A stretch of 64,000 nucleotides of DNA from the NCBI GenBank assembly GCA_022821685.1, contig JAJEDD010000014.1, forward strand, positions 109,604-173,603, in the 5' to 3' direction. The translations under genes were made by a program, and so were the position numbers. Below, piece by piece: positions 1 to 8,921 of the stretch (its first letter is position 1; each line of letters starts with the position of its first letter). The notes beneath the pieces are model-generated. The model was not told where the DNA came from, did no database searches, and saw only the letters and a list, made by a program, of their open reading frames with translations. Source of the DNA: Acidimicrobiia bacterium (GTDB taxonomy: Bacteria; Actinomycetota; Acidimicrobiia; Acidimicrobiales; Aldehydirespiratoraceae).

Positions 1-563
1 GTGGCCGCATCGATCAGATCGCCGAGGTAGTGGAGTTCCCGGGCCCGCTTGTAGCCGATGATCCACGGCATGATCAGGCCGGGCCCCGGATCGGAGAACC
101 GGACTTCGGGCTCGCCGAACTTGGCGTCGGCGGCCGCGATGGTGATGTCGCACAGCATGGCGATCTCGCAGCCCCCGCCCAGCGCGTGGCCCTGCACCGA
201 GGCGATGACCGGCTTTCGCAGATACCAGTGGGCCAGCATGAACTCCATGCCCTCGGCCAGCATGGCGTGTCTCGACAGGACGTCGGGGCCGTAGACCTTC
301 TGGCCCGGCTCCGGGTCGGCCCCTGAGATATCGAACCCCGCGCAGAAGCTGGGGCCCTCCGAGCGCAGCACCACCACGCTGGTGGACTCGTCGGCCTCGG
401 CCGTGCGCAGCGCCTCCCACCAGGCGTGCATCAGCCGCGGGCTGATGGCGTTGAGCTTCTGGGGACGGTTGACGGTGACGATCCCCACCGGGCCGTCGGT
501 GGAATACCGCGCAAGATCATCGGGCGTCTGTGCCTCATCGGGCCCGGCTTGGTTGTCGGACAT
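1..563 (-). CDS. enoyl-CoA hydratase/isomerase (crotonase) family protein, partial; C-terminus runs off the left edge
   Basis: Absent from the supplied track because there is no stop inside the window. My reverse-strand translation from ATG 563-561 reads MSDNQAGPDEAQTPDDLARYSTDGPVGIVTVNRPQKLNAISPRLMHAWWEALRTAEADESTSVVVLRSEGPSFCAGFDISG... VTVNRPxxLNA and FCAGFDI are classic crotonase-fold motifs. Confidence 0.8.
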   Translation of the reverse strand, partial: MSDNQAGPDEAQTPDDLARYSTDGPVGIVTVNRPQKLNAISPRLMHAWWEALRTAEADESTSVVVLRSEGPSFCAGFDISGADPEPGQKVYGPDVLSRHAMLAEGMEFMLAHWYLRKPVIASVQGHALGGGCEIAMLCDITIAAADAKFGEPEVRFSDPGPGLIMPWIIGYKRARELHYLGDLIDAA

Positions 564-604
564 AGCTCTCCTTTGGTGTGTGTGTCACGTGGTGTGTTTG
601 TGTG

Positions 605-2713
605 TCACGGGTTGTGGGTGACGATCAGGGCGTCGACGGCCACGCAGCCCTGGCCCTCGCGCAGCACCATCACCGGATTCAGGTCGATCTCGGCGATGTG
701 GTCGCGCTCAGCCCACGCGAACCCGGCCAGCGCCTCGATGCAGGCGATCAAGGCCGCGGCATCGGCCGGTGGCCGCCCTCTGAATCCAGCCAGCAGCCGA
801 GCCAGCCGCGGTGATTCTGCGATCATCTCGGCGGCGTCGCCGACCCGGAGCGGAAGCACCCGCAGGGCCACATCGCCCGCGCTGGACAGGTCGGCGTCCA
901 CGCCGCCGGGGCCGAGGGCCAGCGTCAAGCCGAAGTCCGCGTCGCGGCTCACCCCCACCAGCGCCTCCACCCCGTCGCTCACCATCTCCTGAACCAGGAT
1001 CTCGGTGCTGTGGCCCGACCGGGCGATGCGCACGGCCAGGCTGTTCCAGGCCCGCTCCACCGCCTCGGCGTCGCCCAGCGCCAGCTCCACCAAGCCGTGT
1101 TCGGACTTGTGGGCGACGCGGTCCGACACCGCCTTCAACACCACCGGAAACCCGATCTCGACCGCGGCAGCGACCGCCTCAGCCGCACTGTTCGCCAGCA
1201 TCTCGGTGGCCACCGGCACGCCGTAGGCCTGCAGCGCTCGCCCCGAATCGTGCTCATGGATCGTCGGCCGGGCGCCGTCGGCCAGCAGCGCGGGCACGCA
1301 TCCCAGGTTGGGCCGCTCGTCCAGCGCCGGGCGGGGTTGCCAGCGCGAGAACTCCGCCAGCCGGGCGATGGCCGACAGCCCCTGGTGCAATCCCCCGAGA
1401 GTGGCACCGCCGGATTCGGCCAGCAGCCGCACCTGGACGCGGTGCATGAGGCCGGGGCGGGTGTTGAGCTGGTAGTGGGGCTTGTCACTGACCGCCGCCG
1501 ATGCCGCCACATGCGGCGTGTACGCCGGCCCGAAGTCGCAGCCTCCCATGGGCTGGCCGTCGCAGGCGTCGTTGGGGAACACCACCACATCGGTGTCGTC
1601 GCTGGCTCGGGCCACCTCCAGCGCTTTGGGCAGGTTGGAATCGAACTGGCCGCTGCCCCACGCATCCAGCGGATTGCCGTCGCCGGACACCGGCCCCATG
1701 AAGCTCTCCACCGCGGCCCGATCCGTCGCCGACAACCGGGGCAGCTCGATTCCGGCGGCGGGCGCGGCGTCGAGCATGAGCTCGGCCAGCCCTCCCGACG
1801 CAGTAACCACCGACGCCCGGTGGCCGGCCGGCAGGTGCGCGGCCCCGCAGGCGGCTAGCACTTCGGTGAACTCGTCGAGCCCGTCCACCTCGATGGCCCG
1901 ATGGGCTCGCAACAGCGCCGAGAAGACGCGGGCCTCACCGCACAGGCCGCCGGTGTGGCTGGTGACGGCCCGCTGGGAGCGAGCGGTGCGCCCCGCCTTG
2001 AGCACCACGACCGGCTTGTCGGCCCCGGCGGCGCGGTCAAGGGCCGCCACGAACTGCTCGGGATCGGCGATGAACTCGCTGAACACCGCTATCACCTCGG
2101 TAGCCGGGTCATCGGCGAGGTATTCGATGTAGTCGGCGGTTGTCGCCACCGCCTCGTTGCCCGACGAGACGACGGTCGAGAACCCGAATCGGCGAGTGTC
2201 GCTCATCAGCCCGATGCATACCGAGCCGCTCTGGGATATGAGGCCCACGTTGCCGTGAAGCTTGCCGGGGTCGTGGATGAGCTGGGCGTAGGCGGCGGAA
2301 GCGCTGGCCGGATTGAAGAACCCCATGCAGTTGGGCCCGCACAGCGAGATCCCCGCAGCCCGGCTGAAAGCCGAGATCTCGGCCTGGAGTTTCCGCCCGT
2401 CGGGTCCCGCTTCGGCGAAGCCGCCGTCGAATATCACCGCCGCGGCCGCGCCGATGTCACCGAGAAGCCGGTAGCCCTCCAGCACCCGTCGCGCCCCCAC
2501 GCAGAACACCACCAGGTCCGGCCCTTCAAGCTCGCGCAACGACGGGCGGCACCCGTAGCCGAGCACCTCGTCGTAGTTGGGGTTGACGGGCAGGATCTCG
2601 CCGGAATATCCGACGAGCTGGAGGTTCTCGATCACCGACCGGCCGATCGAGGGCTTGGGAGAGGCCCCGACCACCGCCACCGAGGCGGGCTTGAGCATGG
2701 CTTCGAGGCTCAC
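605..2713 (-). CDS. ADP-forming acetyl/acyl-CoA synthetase family protein (CoA-binding + succinyl-CoA-ligase-like + ATP-grasp)
   Basis: 702-aa ORF. It has an N-terminal CoA-binding Rossmann motif (SVAVVGASPKPSIGRSV), a central ligase-CoA-like region and a C-terminal ATP-grasp region (GFPVVLKAVSDRVAHKSEHGLV). The start could be GTG 2713 or ATG 2698. Confidence 0.85.
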   Translation of the reverse strand: MSLEAMLKPASVAVVGASPKPSIGRSVIENLQLVGYSGEILPVNPNYDEVLGYGCRPSLRELEGPDLVVFCVGARRVLEGYRLLGDIGAAAAVIFDGGFAEAGPDGRKLQAEISAFSRAAGISLCGPNCMGFFNPASASAAYAQLIHDPGKLHGNVGLISQSGSVCIGLMSDTRRFGFSTVVSSGNEAVATTADYIEYLADDPATEVIAVFSEFIADPEQFVAALDRAAGADKPVVVLKAGRTARSQRAVTSHTGGLCGEARVFSALLRAHRAIEVDGLDEFTEVLAACGAAHLPAGHRASVVTASGGLAELMLDAAPAAGIELPRLSATDRAAVESFMGPVSGDGNPLDAWGSGQFDSNLPKALEVARASDDTDVVVFPNDACDGQPMGGCDFGPAYTPHVAASAAVSDKPHYQLNTRPGLMHRVQVRLLAESGGATLGGLHQGLSAIARLAEFSRWQPRPALDERPNLGCVPALLADGARPTIHEHDSGRALQAYGVPVATEMLANSAAEAVAAAVEIGFPVVLKAVSDRVAHKSEHGLVELALGDAEAVERAWNSLAVRIARSGHSTEILVQEMVSDGVEALVGVSRDADFGLTLALGPGGVDADLSSAGDVALRVLPLRVGDAAEMIAESPRLARLLAGFRGRPPADAAALIACIEALAGFAWAERDHIAEIDLNPVMVLREGQGCVAVDALIVTHNP

Positions 2714-2801
2714 CGCATCGAGACGCTAGTGCTGTGACACCGCTGTGGGTAGACGGCCGCAACTCTCGGTGCAGGAGGGGTAGGCGACTACTGTCGCCGG
2801 T

Positions 2802-3266
2802 GTGATCTTCCGGCTGGTGGTCAACGGGTCGCCGACGACCATCGACACTGCGCCGGCGACCAGGCTCCTCGATGTGCTGCGCGACCGGCTGGGGCTGACC
2901 GGGGCGAAGGAGGCCTGCGGCCGGGGCGACTGCGGCGCTTGCACGGTTCTGATCGGCGAGCGGGCCGTGCCGTCGTGTCTGGTGCTGGCCGCCCGGGTGG
3001 ACGAGCCGGTGCAGACCGTGGAGGGCATCGCCGCCGAAGCCGCCGGGCTGCGGGAGGCACTGGCCGATATGGGCGGGCTGCAGTGCGGGTATTGCACCCC
3101 AGGACTGGTCGTGCGAGCCCACCAGCTCGTCACGTCCCGCGAGTGCGACCTCTCCGATCCTGACAACATCCGGCGGGCACTGGCCGGGAACTTCTGCCGC
3201 TGCACCGGCTACAACGGCGTAGTCGCGGCTATACAGCACGCCGCCGCAGGGGGCGGCAAGCCTTGA
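2802..3266 (+). CDS. [2Fe-2S]-binding small subunit of a xanthine dehydrogenase / CO dehydrogenase family molybdoenzyme
   Basis: 154 aa. The Cys clusters CGRGDCGACTV and CGYCTPG...CRCTGY are typical of CoxS/XdhC-type iron-sulfur subunits. GTG start. The stop overlaps the next gene start. Confidence 0.9.
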   Translation: MIFRLVVNGSPTTIDTAPATRLLDVLRDRLGLTGAKEACGRGDCGACTVLIGERAVPSCLVLAARVDEPVQTVEGIAAEAAGLREALADMGGLQCGYCTPGLVVRAHQLVTSRECDLSDPDNIRRALAGNFCRCTGYNGVVAAIQHAAAGGGKP

Positions 3267-6200
3267 CCGTTCTCGGCCGGCGGGTGCGGCCCGACCAGTG
3301 GGACGAGCGGAGCTCGGGGGCGGCCGTCTACACCACCGATGTGGCCCGGTCACAGATGCTCGAGGCCCGCATCCTGCGCAGCCCCCATCCCCATGCCGAC
3401 CTTCGCAGCATCGACACGGCCCGGGCCGCCGCCCTCGACGGCGTGGCCGCGGTGATCACCGCCGACGACCTCTCCGAGCGCACCTACCTGCATCTGGGCG
3501 AACCGTTCCGCGACCGCACCGCGCTGGCCCGGGGCCGGGTCCGCTTCGTGGGCGAGGAAGTGGCCGCGGTGGCAGCCGTCAGCCGATCCACCGCCGACGC
3601 CGCGCTTGATCTGATCGATGTCACCTACAAGCCGAGAGCCAGCGTGGTCACTGCCAAGTTCGCCCGAGTCGGTGAGGCCCCGCTGGTGCACGACGATGCC
3701 GCGGGCAACTTGGCCCTGCAGACGGTCCGCAGCTACGGCGACCCCGACACCGCCCGCGCCGAGGCCGAGGTGGTGGTCAGCGGCCATTACATCTACAAGC
3801 CAGCCGCCCATGTGTGTCTGGAGCCGCACTCGGTGATCGCCGACTGGGACCCGGCCCGCCAGCAGCTCGATCTCTGGGTGTCGACTCAGGCACCCTATTT
3901 CGTGCGCAAAGAGGTGGCCCACATGCTCGACCTGGACATCAACCAGGTCCGCACCCACCCCGTGGCCGTGGGAGGCGGCTTCGGGGCCAAGGCCAAAGCC
4001 GGCTGCCACGAGGTGATCGCGGCCGCGCTGGCCATCCGGACCAAGCGGCCGGTGCGCCTCGTGCTCGACCGCGACGAGGAGTTCGCGGCCACCGCCGTGC
4101 GCCACGCCTTCGAGGTCGAGCTGGCCACCGGCGCCCGGCGCGACGGGACGCTCACCCACCGCGACGGCTACGTGACGGTGGACAACGGCGCCTACAACCA
4201 CGCCGGGCCGTCGGTGGCCGTCTATGCCACCATGCTGGCCGCGGGGCCCTACCGGCTCGGCGGCTGCTCCACCGCGGTGTCGCTGGTCTACACCAACAAG
4301 CAGCCGGGGGCGTCGTTCCGAGGCTACGGCAACCCGCAGATGACCTTCGCCACCGAGTCGCAGATAGACGAGTTGGCCGACCGGCTGGACATCGATCCCA
4401 TCGAGCTGCGCCTGCTCAACGCCCCCGGCTCCGGGGACGTGACCCTTACCGGCTGGCGCCTCGGCTCGGCCCGCTTAGCCGAGTGCCTGCGGCGGGCCCG
4501 CACCGAGATCGACTGGGACGCCAAGCGGGTTCTGGCCGGCAGCGGGCGCGGGGTGGGCGTGGCCGCCGCAGTCCACGTCTCGGGCGCCAACGCCTTCGAG
4601 CACTCCGAGTTGAGCGAGGCCGCGGTGGAGGTCCGCGACGACGGCACCGCTCGGGTGTGCTTCGCCGGCGCCGACGCGGGAACGGGCCAGGCCGCCCTGC
4701 TGCGCCAGATCGCAGCCGAGGAGTTGGGAATCGCCTTCGCTGACGTGTCGGCAACCATGATGGACAGCCATGACGCGCCCCAGGATCTGGGGGCGTGGTC
4801 GTCGCGGGGCACGATGTGGGGCGGCCACGCCACCGCCGACGCGGCCCAGGCCGCGGCCCAGGCGCTGCGGGCAGCTGCGGCGGCCAAGTTCGGTGTGGAC
4901 TCCGCCGGAGTGCAGCTGGCCGGCGGCGAGGCCCGGGCCGGCGCCGACGCGGTGCCGATCGGCGACCTGGTGGCGCTCACCGAGGGCTCATCCGACGGAT
5001 GTCTGCGCGTCGAGGGCCGCTACCTCACCGACGTCGACAAGATGGACAAGGTGCACGGCCGGGGCCACTTCTCGCCCGCCTACTCCTTCTGCGTGCAGGC
5101 GGTGGAGGTGGAGGTCGACTACGCCACCGGCGGTGTGAGGGTGCTCGACGCGGTGACGGTGCACGACTCCGGCGCGGCGCTCAACCCGGCCGCGGCCGAA
5201 GGTCAGGCCGTCGGGGCCATGGCCATGGGGCTGGGCGCCGCGCTCGGCGAGGAGCTCGTCTACGAGCAGGGCCGCATGGTCAATCCAAGCCTGCTCGAGT
5301 ACGCCGCGCCGAGGGCGCCCGACCTGCCGCCGATACGAGCCGTCCTGCTCGACGGGCACGACCCGGCCGGACCCTACGGCGCCAAGGGGATCGGCGAGAT
5401 CGGGGTGGTGCCCGCCCCGGCCGCGGTGGCCAACGCAGTGGCCCACGCCACCGGCGTGCGGGTCCGGCAGGTGCCCATCACCCCCGAGAAACTCCTGCCG
5501 CACTTGAATCCCGACACGTCGACCGCTCGCCTGAGCCAGCACCGACCGCTGCCCGACACCATGAGTCTGGACTGGATCTGGATCGCCATGATGCGCAGCC
5601 TGTACGGGCGGGGCCTCCTGAGGCTCCTCGACCGGCGGGCTCGCAAACGGCGACCGCCGGCGCCGGTGCCTGACATCGAGGCCATCACCCGACCCGAGAC
5701 GGTGGAGGCCGCGGTGGCGCAGCCTCCGGGCTCGGCCTTCCTGGGGGGCGGCACCGACCTGCTCGTCGCCCGACAGCAGCGGCTCGCCGCGCCGGTCCGA
5801 CTCATCGACACCACCTCGGTGCGCGAGCTGCGACAACTCGATGAGCCGCCCGACGGCGACCTGGGCATCGGCGCGTCCGTAACCCTCGAGGAACTCCGCC
5901 GCCTTATGTCCGAACCGGATCGTACGCCCGGAGACGCGATGCTGGCCGAGTTGCTGGAGGACCTGGCCACCGCCCAGATCCGTGAGCTGGCCACCGTCGG
6001 CGGCAACCTCCTGCAACAGAAGCGCTGCTCCTTCTTCCGCAACGGCTTCAACTGCTACAAGCGCAGCGGATGGACGGCGCCGTGCTACGCGGTGCTCGGC
6101 GATCACCGGTTCCATCACGCCGTGCTCGGCGGGCATCGCTGCCAGGCCGTCACCCCGTCGGATCTGGCCACCGGCCTGCTGGCCCTCGACGCGGTCGCCG

Positions 6201-6661
6201 TGAGCGTGCCGCCCGCACCGAAACCGCCCCGCCGACGAACGATCGACGAGCTCTATTCGGGTCCCGGCGAGCCCGACCTAGCCACCGCTGAGCTGCTGAC
6301 CCAGGTTCGGGTGCCAGCCGAGGCCCGGGCCCGCCCCGCCGCCTTCGAGAAGCTGAGGCTCTACGCCGGCGACTTCGCGGTGTGCTCCGCGGCGGTGTCG
6401 CTGGAACTCGACGACGACGACACCACCATCGCCGACGCTCGCGTGTCGCTCGGCGCGGTGGCGCCCAAGCCGTATCGCGCCAAGCGCACCGAGAAGCGGT
6501 TGCTCGGCGCCAGCCTCCACGACGCCGACGCCCTCAGGGAGGCCTCTTGGGCATGGGTCTGCGAAACCCAGCCCCTGCCCGCCAACGCCTGGAAGGTAGA
6601 GGCCGCCTGCGGGCTGCTGCGTCGAGCCCTAACCCGCATCGCCGATTCGATCAACCCATGA
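3263..6661 (+). CDS. xanthine dehydrogenase family molybdopterin-binding subunit fused to a CoxM-type FAD-binding subunit
   Basis: Single 1132-aa ORF. The first ~780 aa have aldehyde oxidase/xanthine dehydrogenase a/b-hammerhead and Mo-pterin features (RILRSPHPHA, GGGFGAK, GIGEIGVVPAPAAVANAV). The last ~300 aa carry a PCMH-type FAD domain (FLGGGTDLLV, ATVGGNL). TTG start overlaps the upstream stop. Confidence 0.85.
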   Translation: MTVLGRRVRPDQWDERSSGAAVYTTDVARSQMLEARILRSPHPHADLRSIDTARAAALDGVAAVITADDLSERTYLHLGEPFRDRTALARGRVRFVGEEVAAVAAVSRSTADAALDLIDVTYKPRASVVTAKFARVGEAPLVHDDAAGNLALQTVRSYGDPDTARAEAEVVVSGHYIYKPAAHVCLEPHSVIADWDPARQQLDLWVSTQAPYFVRKEVAHMLDLDINQVRTHPVAVGGGFGAKAKAGCHEVIAAALAIRTKRPVRLVLDRDEEFAATAVRHAFEVELATGARRDGTLTHRDGYVTVDNGAYNHAGPSVAVYATMLAAGPYRLGGCSTAVSLVYTNKQPGASFRGYGNPQMTFATESQIDELADRLDIDPIELRLLNAPGSGDVTLTGWRLGSARLAECLRRARTEIDWDAKRVLAGSGRGVGVAAAVHVSGANAFEHSELSEAAVEVRDDGTARVCFAGADAGTGQAALLRQIAAEELGIAFADVSATMMDSHDAPQDLGAWSSRGTMWGGHATADAAQAAAQALRAAAAAKFGVDSAGVQLAGGEARAGADAVPIGDLVALTEGSSDGCLRVEGRYLTDVDKMDKVHGRGHFSPAYSFCVQAVEVEVDYATGGVRVLDAVTVHDSGAALNPAAAEGQAVGAMAMGLGAALGEELVYEQGRMVNPSLLEYAAPRAPDLPPIRAVLLDGHDPAGPYGAKGIGEIGVVPAPAAVANAVAHATGVRVRQVPITPEKLLPHLNPDTSTARLSQHRPLPDTMSLDWIWIAMMRSLYGRGLLRLLDRRARKRRPPAPVPDIEAITRPETVEAAVAQPPGSAFLGGGTDLLVARQQRLAAPVRLIDTTSVRELRQLDEPPDGDLGIGASVTLEELRRLMSEPDRTPGDAMLAELLEDLATAQIRELATVGGNLLQQKRCSFFRNGFNCYKRSGWTAPCYAVLGDHRFHHAVLGGHRCQAVTPSDLATGLLALDAVAVSVPPAPKPPRRRTIDELYSGPGEPDLATAELLTQVRVPAEARARPAAFEKLRLYAGDFAVCSAAVSLELDDDDTTIADARVSLGAVAPKPYRAKRTEKRLLGASLHDADALREASWAWVCETQPLPANAWKVEAACGLLRRALTRIADSINP

Positions 6662-6698
6662 GCGCGAGCGAATAGGCCTCACAGAGCTCTCAGGGCGG

Positions 6699-7118
6699 TC
6701 AGGCGCTGGCGAGGCTCTCGACCTCAGCGATGTAGTCGAGGGTGTCGTGGATGAGGCGCTCGGTGTCTGCGATCAGCTCGCAGGAGGCCCGATACAAGCA
6801 GCAGCCGTGCAGGGCTTCACGAGCCGCGTAGTAATGAGTCATCGAACCGCGAACCTCTTCGTCAGCGCCCAGGCTCCGCAGCCCGCGGGTGGTGTCGGAC
6901 GCTTTCTCGGGCTCGTCGCCGGTGCGGGCCAAGACGAGGCCGTCGGCGGCCCGCTTGGTGGCGCACCAGGCCTTCTCGGCCGCGTCGCGGATGTCGCTGG
7001 CGTCCAATCGGGCCAGCGCCGCGTCGTGCAGGGCTCGGGCGTCGGCGAACAACGCGGCGACCCGCTCGGCGGTGGGGGCTTGCTGTGTGACCGTGCCGCT
7101 CGTGCTGGCGGATGTCAT
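6699..7118 (-). CDS. hypothetical protein, HEPN/PaREP1-like helical protein suspected
   Basis: The track ORF 6699..7364 overlaps the next gene. A shorter form starts at ATG 7118 (MTSASTSGTV...) and is preceded by GAGGAGAA. The motifs DAAEKAWCATKRAADGL and AREALHGCCLY resemble PaREP1/HEPN-type helices, from memory of the family. Function is uncertain. Confidence 0.55.
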   Translation of the reverse strand: MTSASTSGTVTQQAPTAERVAALFADARALHDAALARLDASDIRDAAEKAWCATKRAADGLVLARTGDEPEKASDTTRGLRSLGADEEVRGSMTHYYAAREALHGCCLYRASCELIADTERLIHDTLDYIAEVESLASA

Positions 7119-7234
7119 CGGGTTCTCCTCGGTGTCGCGGTTTGAGTCTTGAGCGAACGTAGCGACTCGAAGCAGCGATGGCAATAGAAAGTCGTGAGAA
7201 GCACCGTTAGGGGCTGAGCGGATAGACGGGCGGG

Positions 7235-8776
7235 TTATGACGGCTCGTGGTTGGCTTGCTCGGCTAGCAGGAACTTGCGGATCTTGCCGACGCTGGTGCG
7301 GGGCAGCTCGTCGATCAGGGTGACCGCGGCGGGACGCTTGGCCTTGGCCAGGCGCCCGGCGCACCAGGCGTCGAGCTCGGCCACCGAGGGCGGCGCCGAC
7401 ACATCCGCGGCGACCACAAACGCCACCGGCACTTCGTCGCGGATCTCGTCGGGGCGGCCCACCACCGCAGCCTCCAGCACGGCGGGATGCTCGGCCAGGG
7501 TCGACTCGACCTCGACTATCGAGACGTTCTCGCCCGACACCTTGAGCACATCGGAGCGGCGGCCGTCGAAGAAGTGGCGGCCATCTTCATCGCGCCTGGC
7601 CCGGTCGCCGGTGCAGAACCAGCCGTTGCGGAAGCTGGCCGCGGTGATGTCGGGCGCGTCGAGGTAGCCCGCGAACAGGGTGGTGCCCGGCTCGCCGCCC
7701 ACCATCACCTCGCCCACTTCGCCGGGAGCCACCGAGTTTCCGGCTGCGTCCTGCACGTCCACCTCGCAGCCCGGCGACACCCGGCCCATCGAGGCGTGGT
7801 GGGGGTCGGCCCGATCGTCGGTTAGGACCGCGGGGATGGTCTCGGTCATGCCGTAGAGCTGGCGGGGACGGCAGCCAAACCAGCGGGCGGCAGTGGCGTA
7901 CTGGTCGGCGGAGATGTTCTGCGCATACCAGCAGTGGCGCAGGGCCGCACCGTCGACGGGTCCGCCGCGGGCCAGGATCATGCGGATCGGCGCCGCGAAC
8001 AGGCTGGCGCAGGTGGCCGAGTGGCGGGCGGCGGCCCCCAGGAACCCCGACGCCGAGAAGGCCGGCATCAATGCCACGCTGGCCCCGACCCAGATCGCCG
8101 ACGCGAACGAGTAGTACTGGGCGTTGGCGTGGAACAGCGGCAGCACCACCAGTTGCCGGTCGTCGGGCGCCAGATCGGCCGCTTCGGCCATGACCTTGCC
8201 CGCGAAGGCGTAGTTGGCCTGGGTCACCTCCACGCCCTTGGGCCGCCCGGTGGTGCCCGAGGTGAACATCACCGCGGCCCTGTCCCGCACCCCGACGGCG
8301 GGCCGCTCGGCCAGCGGCGCGGCGTCGAAGGGCGCCAGCGACGTGTCGGCCTCGTCGATCTCGATGACGGGCAGGTCGTCGCGGCCGGCTTGCGAGGCCG
8401 CGGCCCGGTAGGTGTCGCCTCTGGCCCCGGCGCAGAGCCCCACCGCCGGGCGGGTGCGCTCGATGTGGCCGGCCAGCTCGGGGGTGCGTCCCATCGGATC
8501 CGACGGCACGATCCAGGCGCCCAGCCGCGAGGCGGCCAGCCAGGCGGCCACGAAGGTCGGCGAGTTGGTCAAGGCGAGATGCACGGCCGCGCCGGGTTCT
8601 GCTCCCAGCCCGGCCAGCGTCGCCGCCACCCGGTCCACCGACTCGTCGAAGTCGCCGTAGCTCCAGCGGACCACCTCGCCCGACGGCGTCTCGAAGACCA
8701 GGAACGTCTCGTCGGCGCGTCCGGCCACCGCCCGGTCCCACACCGCAGCAAAGGACACCGGATCCCAAACAGTCAC
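7235..8776 (-). CDS. AMP-dependent acyl-CoA synthetase/ligase
   Basis: Adenylate-forming superfamily motifs are present: MFTSGTTGRPKGV (A3), YGMTE (A5), TGD and SVGKIRK (A10). The track gives a TTG start at 8842. I prefer GTG 8776 (VTVWDPVSF...) because of the upstream AAGG and the duplication described in findings. Confidence 0.85.
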   Translation of the reverse strand: MTVWDPVSFAAVWDRAVAGRADETFLVFETPSGEVVRWSYGDFDESVDRVAATLAGLGAEPGAAVHLALTNSPTFVAAWLAASRLGAWIVPSDPMGRTPELAGHIERTRPAVGLCAGARGDTYRAAASQAGRDDLPVIEIDEADTSLAPFDAAPLAERPAVGVRDRAAVMFTSGTTGRPKGVEVTQANYAFAGKVMAEAADLAPDDRQLVVLPLFHANAQYYSFASAIWVGASVALMPAFSASGFLGAAARHSATCASLFAAPIRMILARGGPVDGAALRHCWYAQNISADQYATAARWFGCRPRQLYGMTETIPAVLTDDRADPHHASMGRVSPGCEVDVQDAAGNSVAPGEVGEVMVGGEPGTTLFAGYLDAPDITAASFRNGWFCTGDRARRDEDGRHFFDGRRSDVLKVSGENVSIVEVESTLAEHPAVLEAAVVGRPDEIRDEVPVAFVVAADVSAPPSVAELDAWCAGRLAKAKRPAAVTLIDELPRTSVGKIRKFLLAEQANHEPS

Positions 8777-8921
8777 AGGCGCCTTGAGGGAAGGCTTCGT
8801 GGCGACCGCGGCCACACCGCAGCGAAGGACACCGGATCCCAAGCAGTCACAGGCAGTGCGAGGGACGGGTCAGTGGTGACCACGGCCGCACCGCCGCCAA
8901 GGACACGGGTACCCCCCACGG

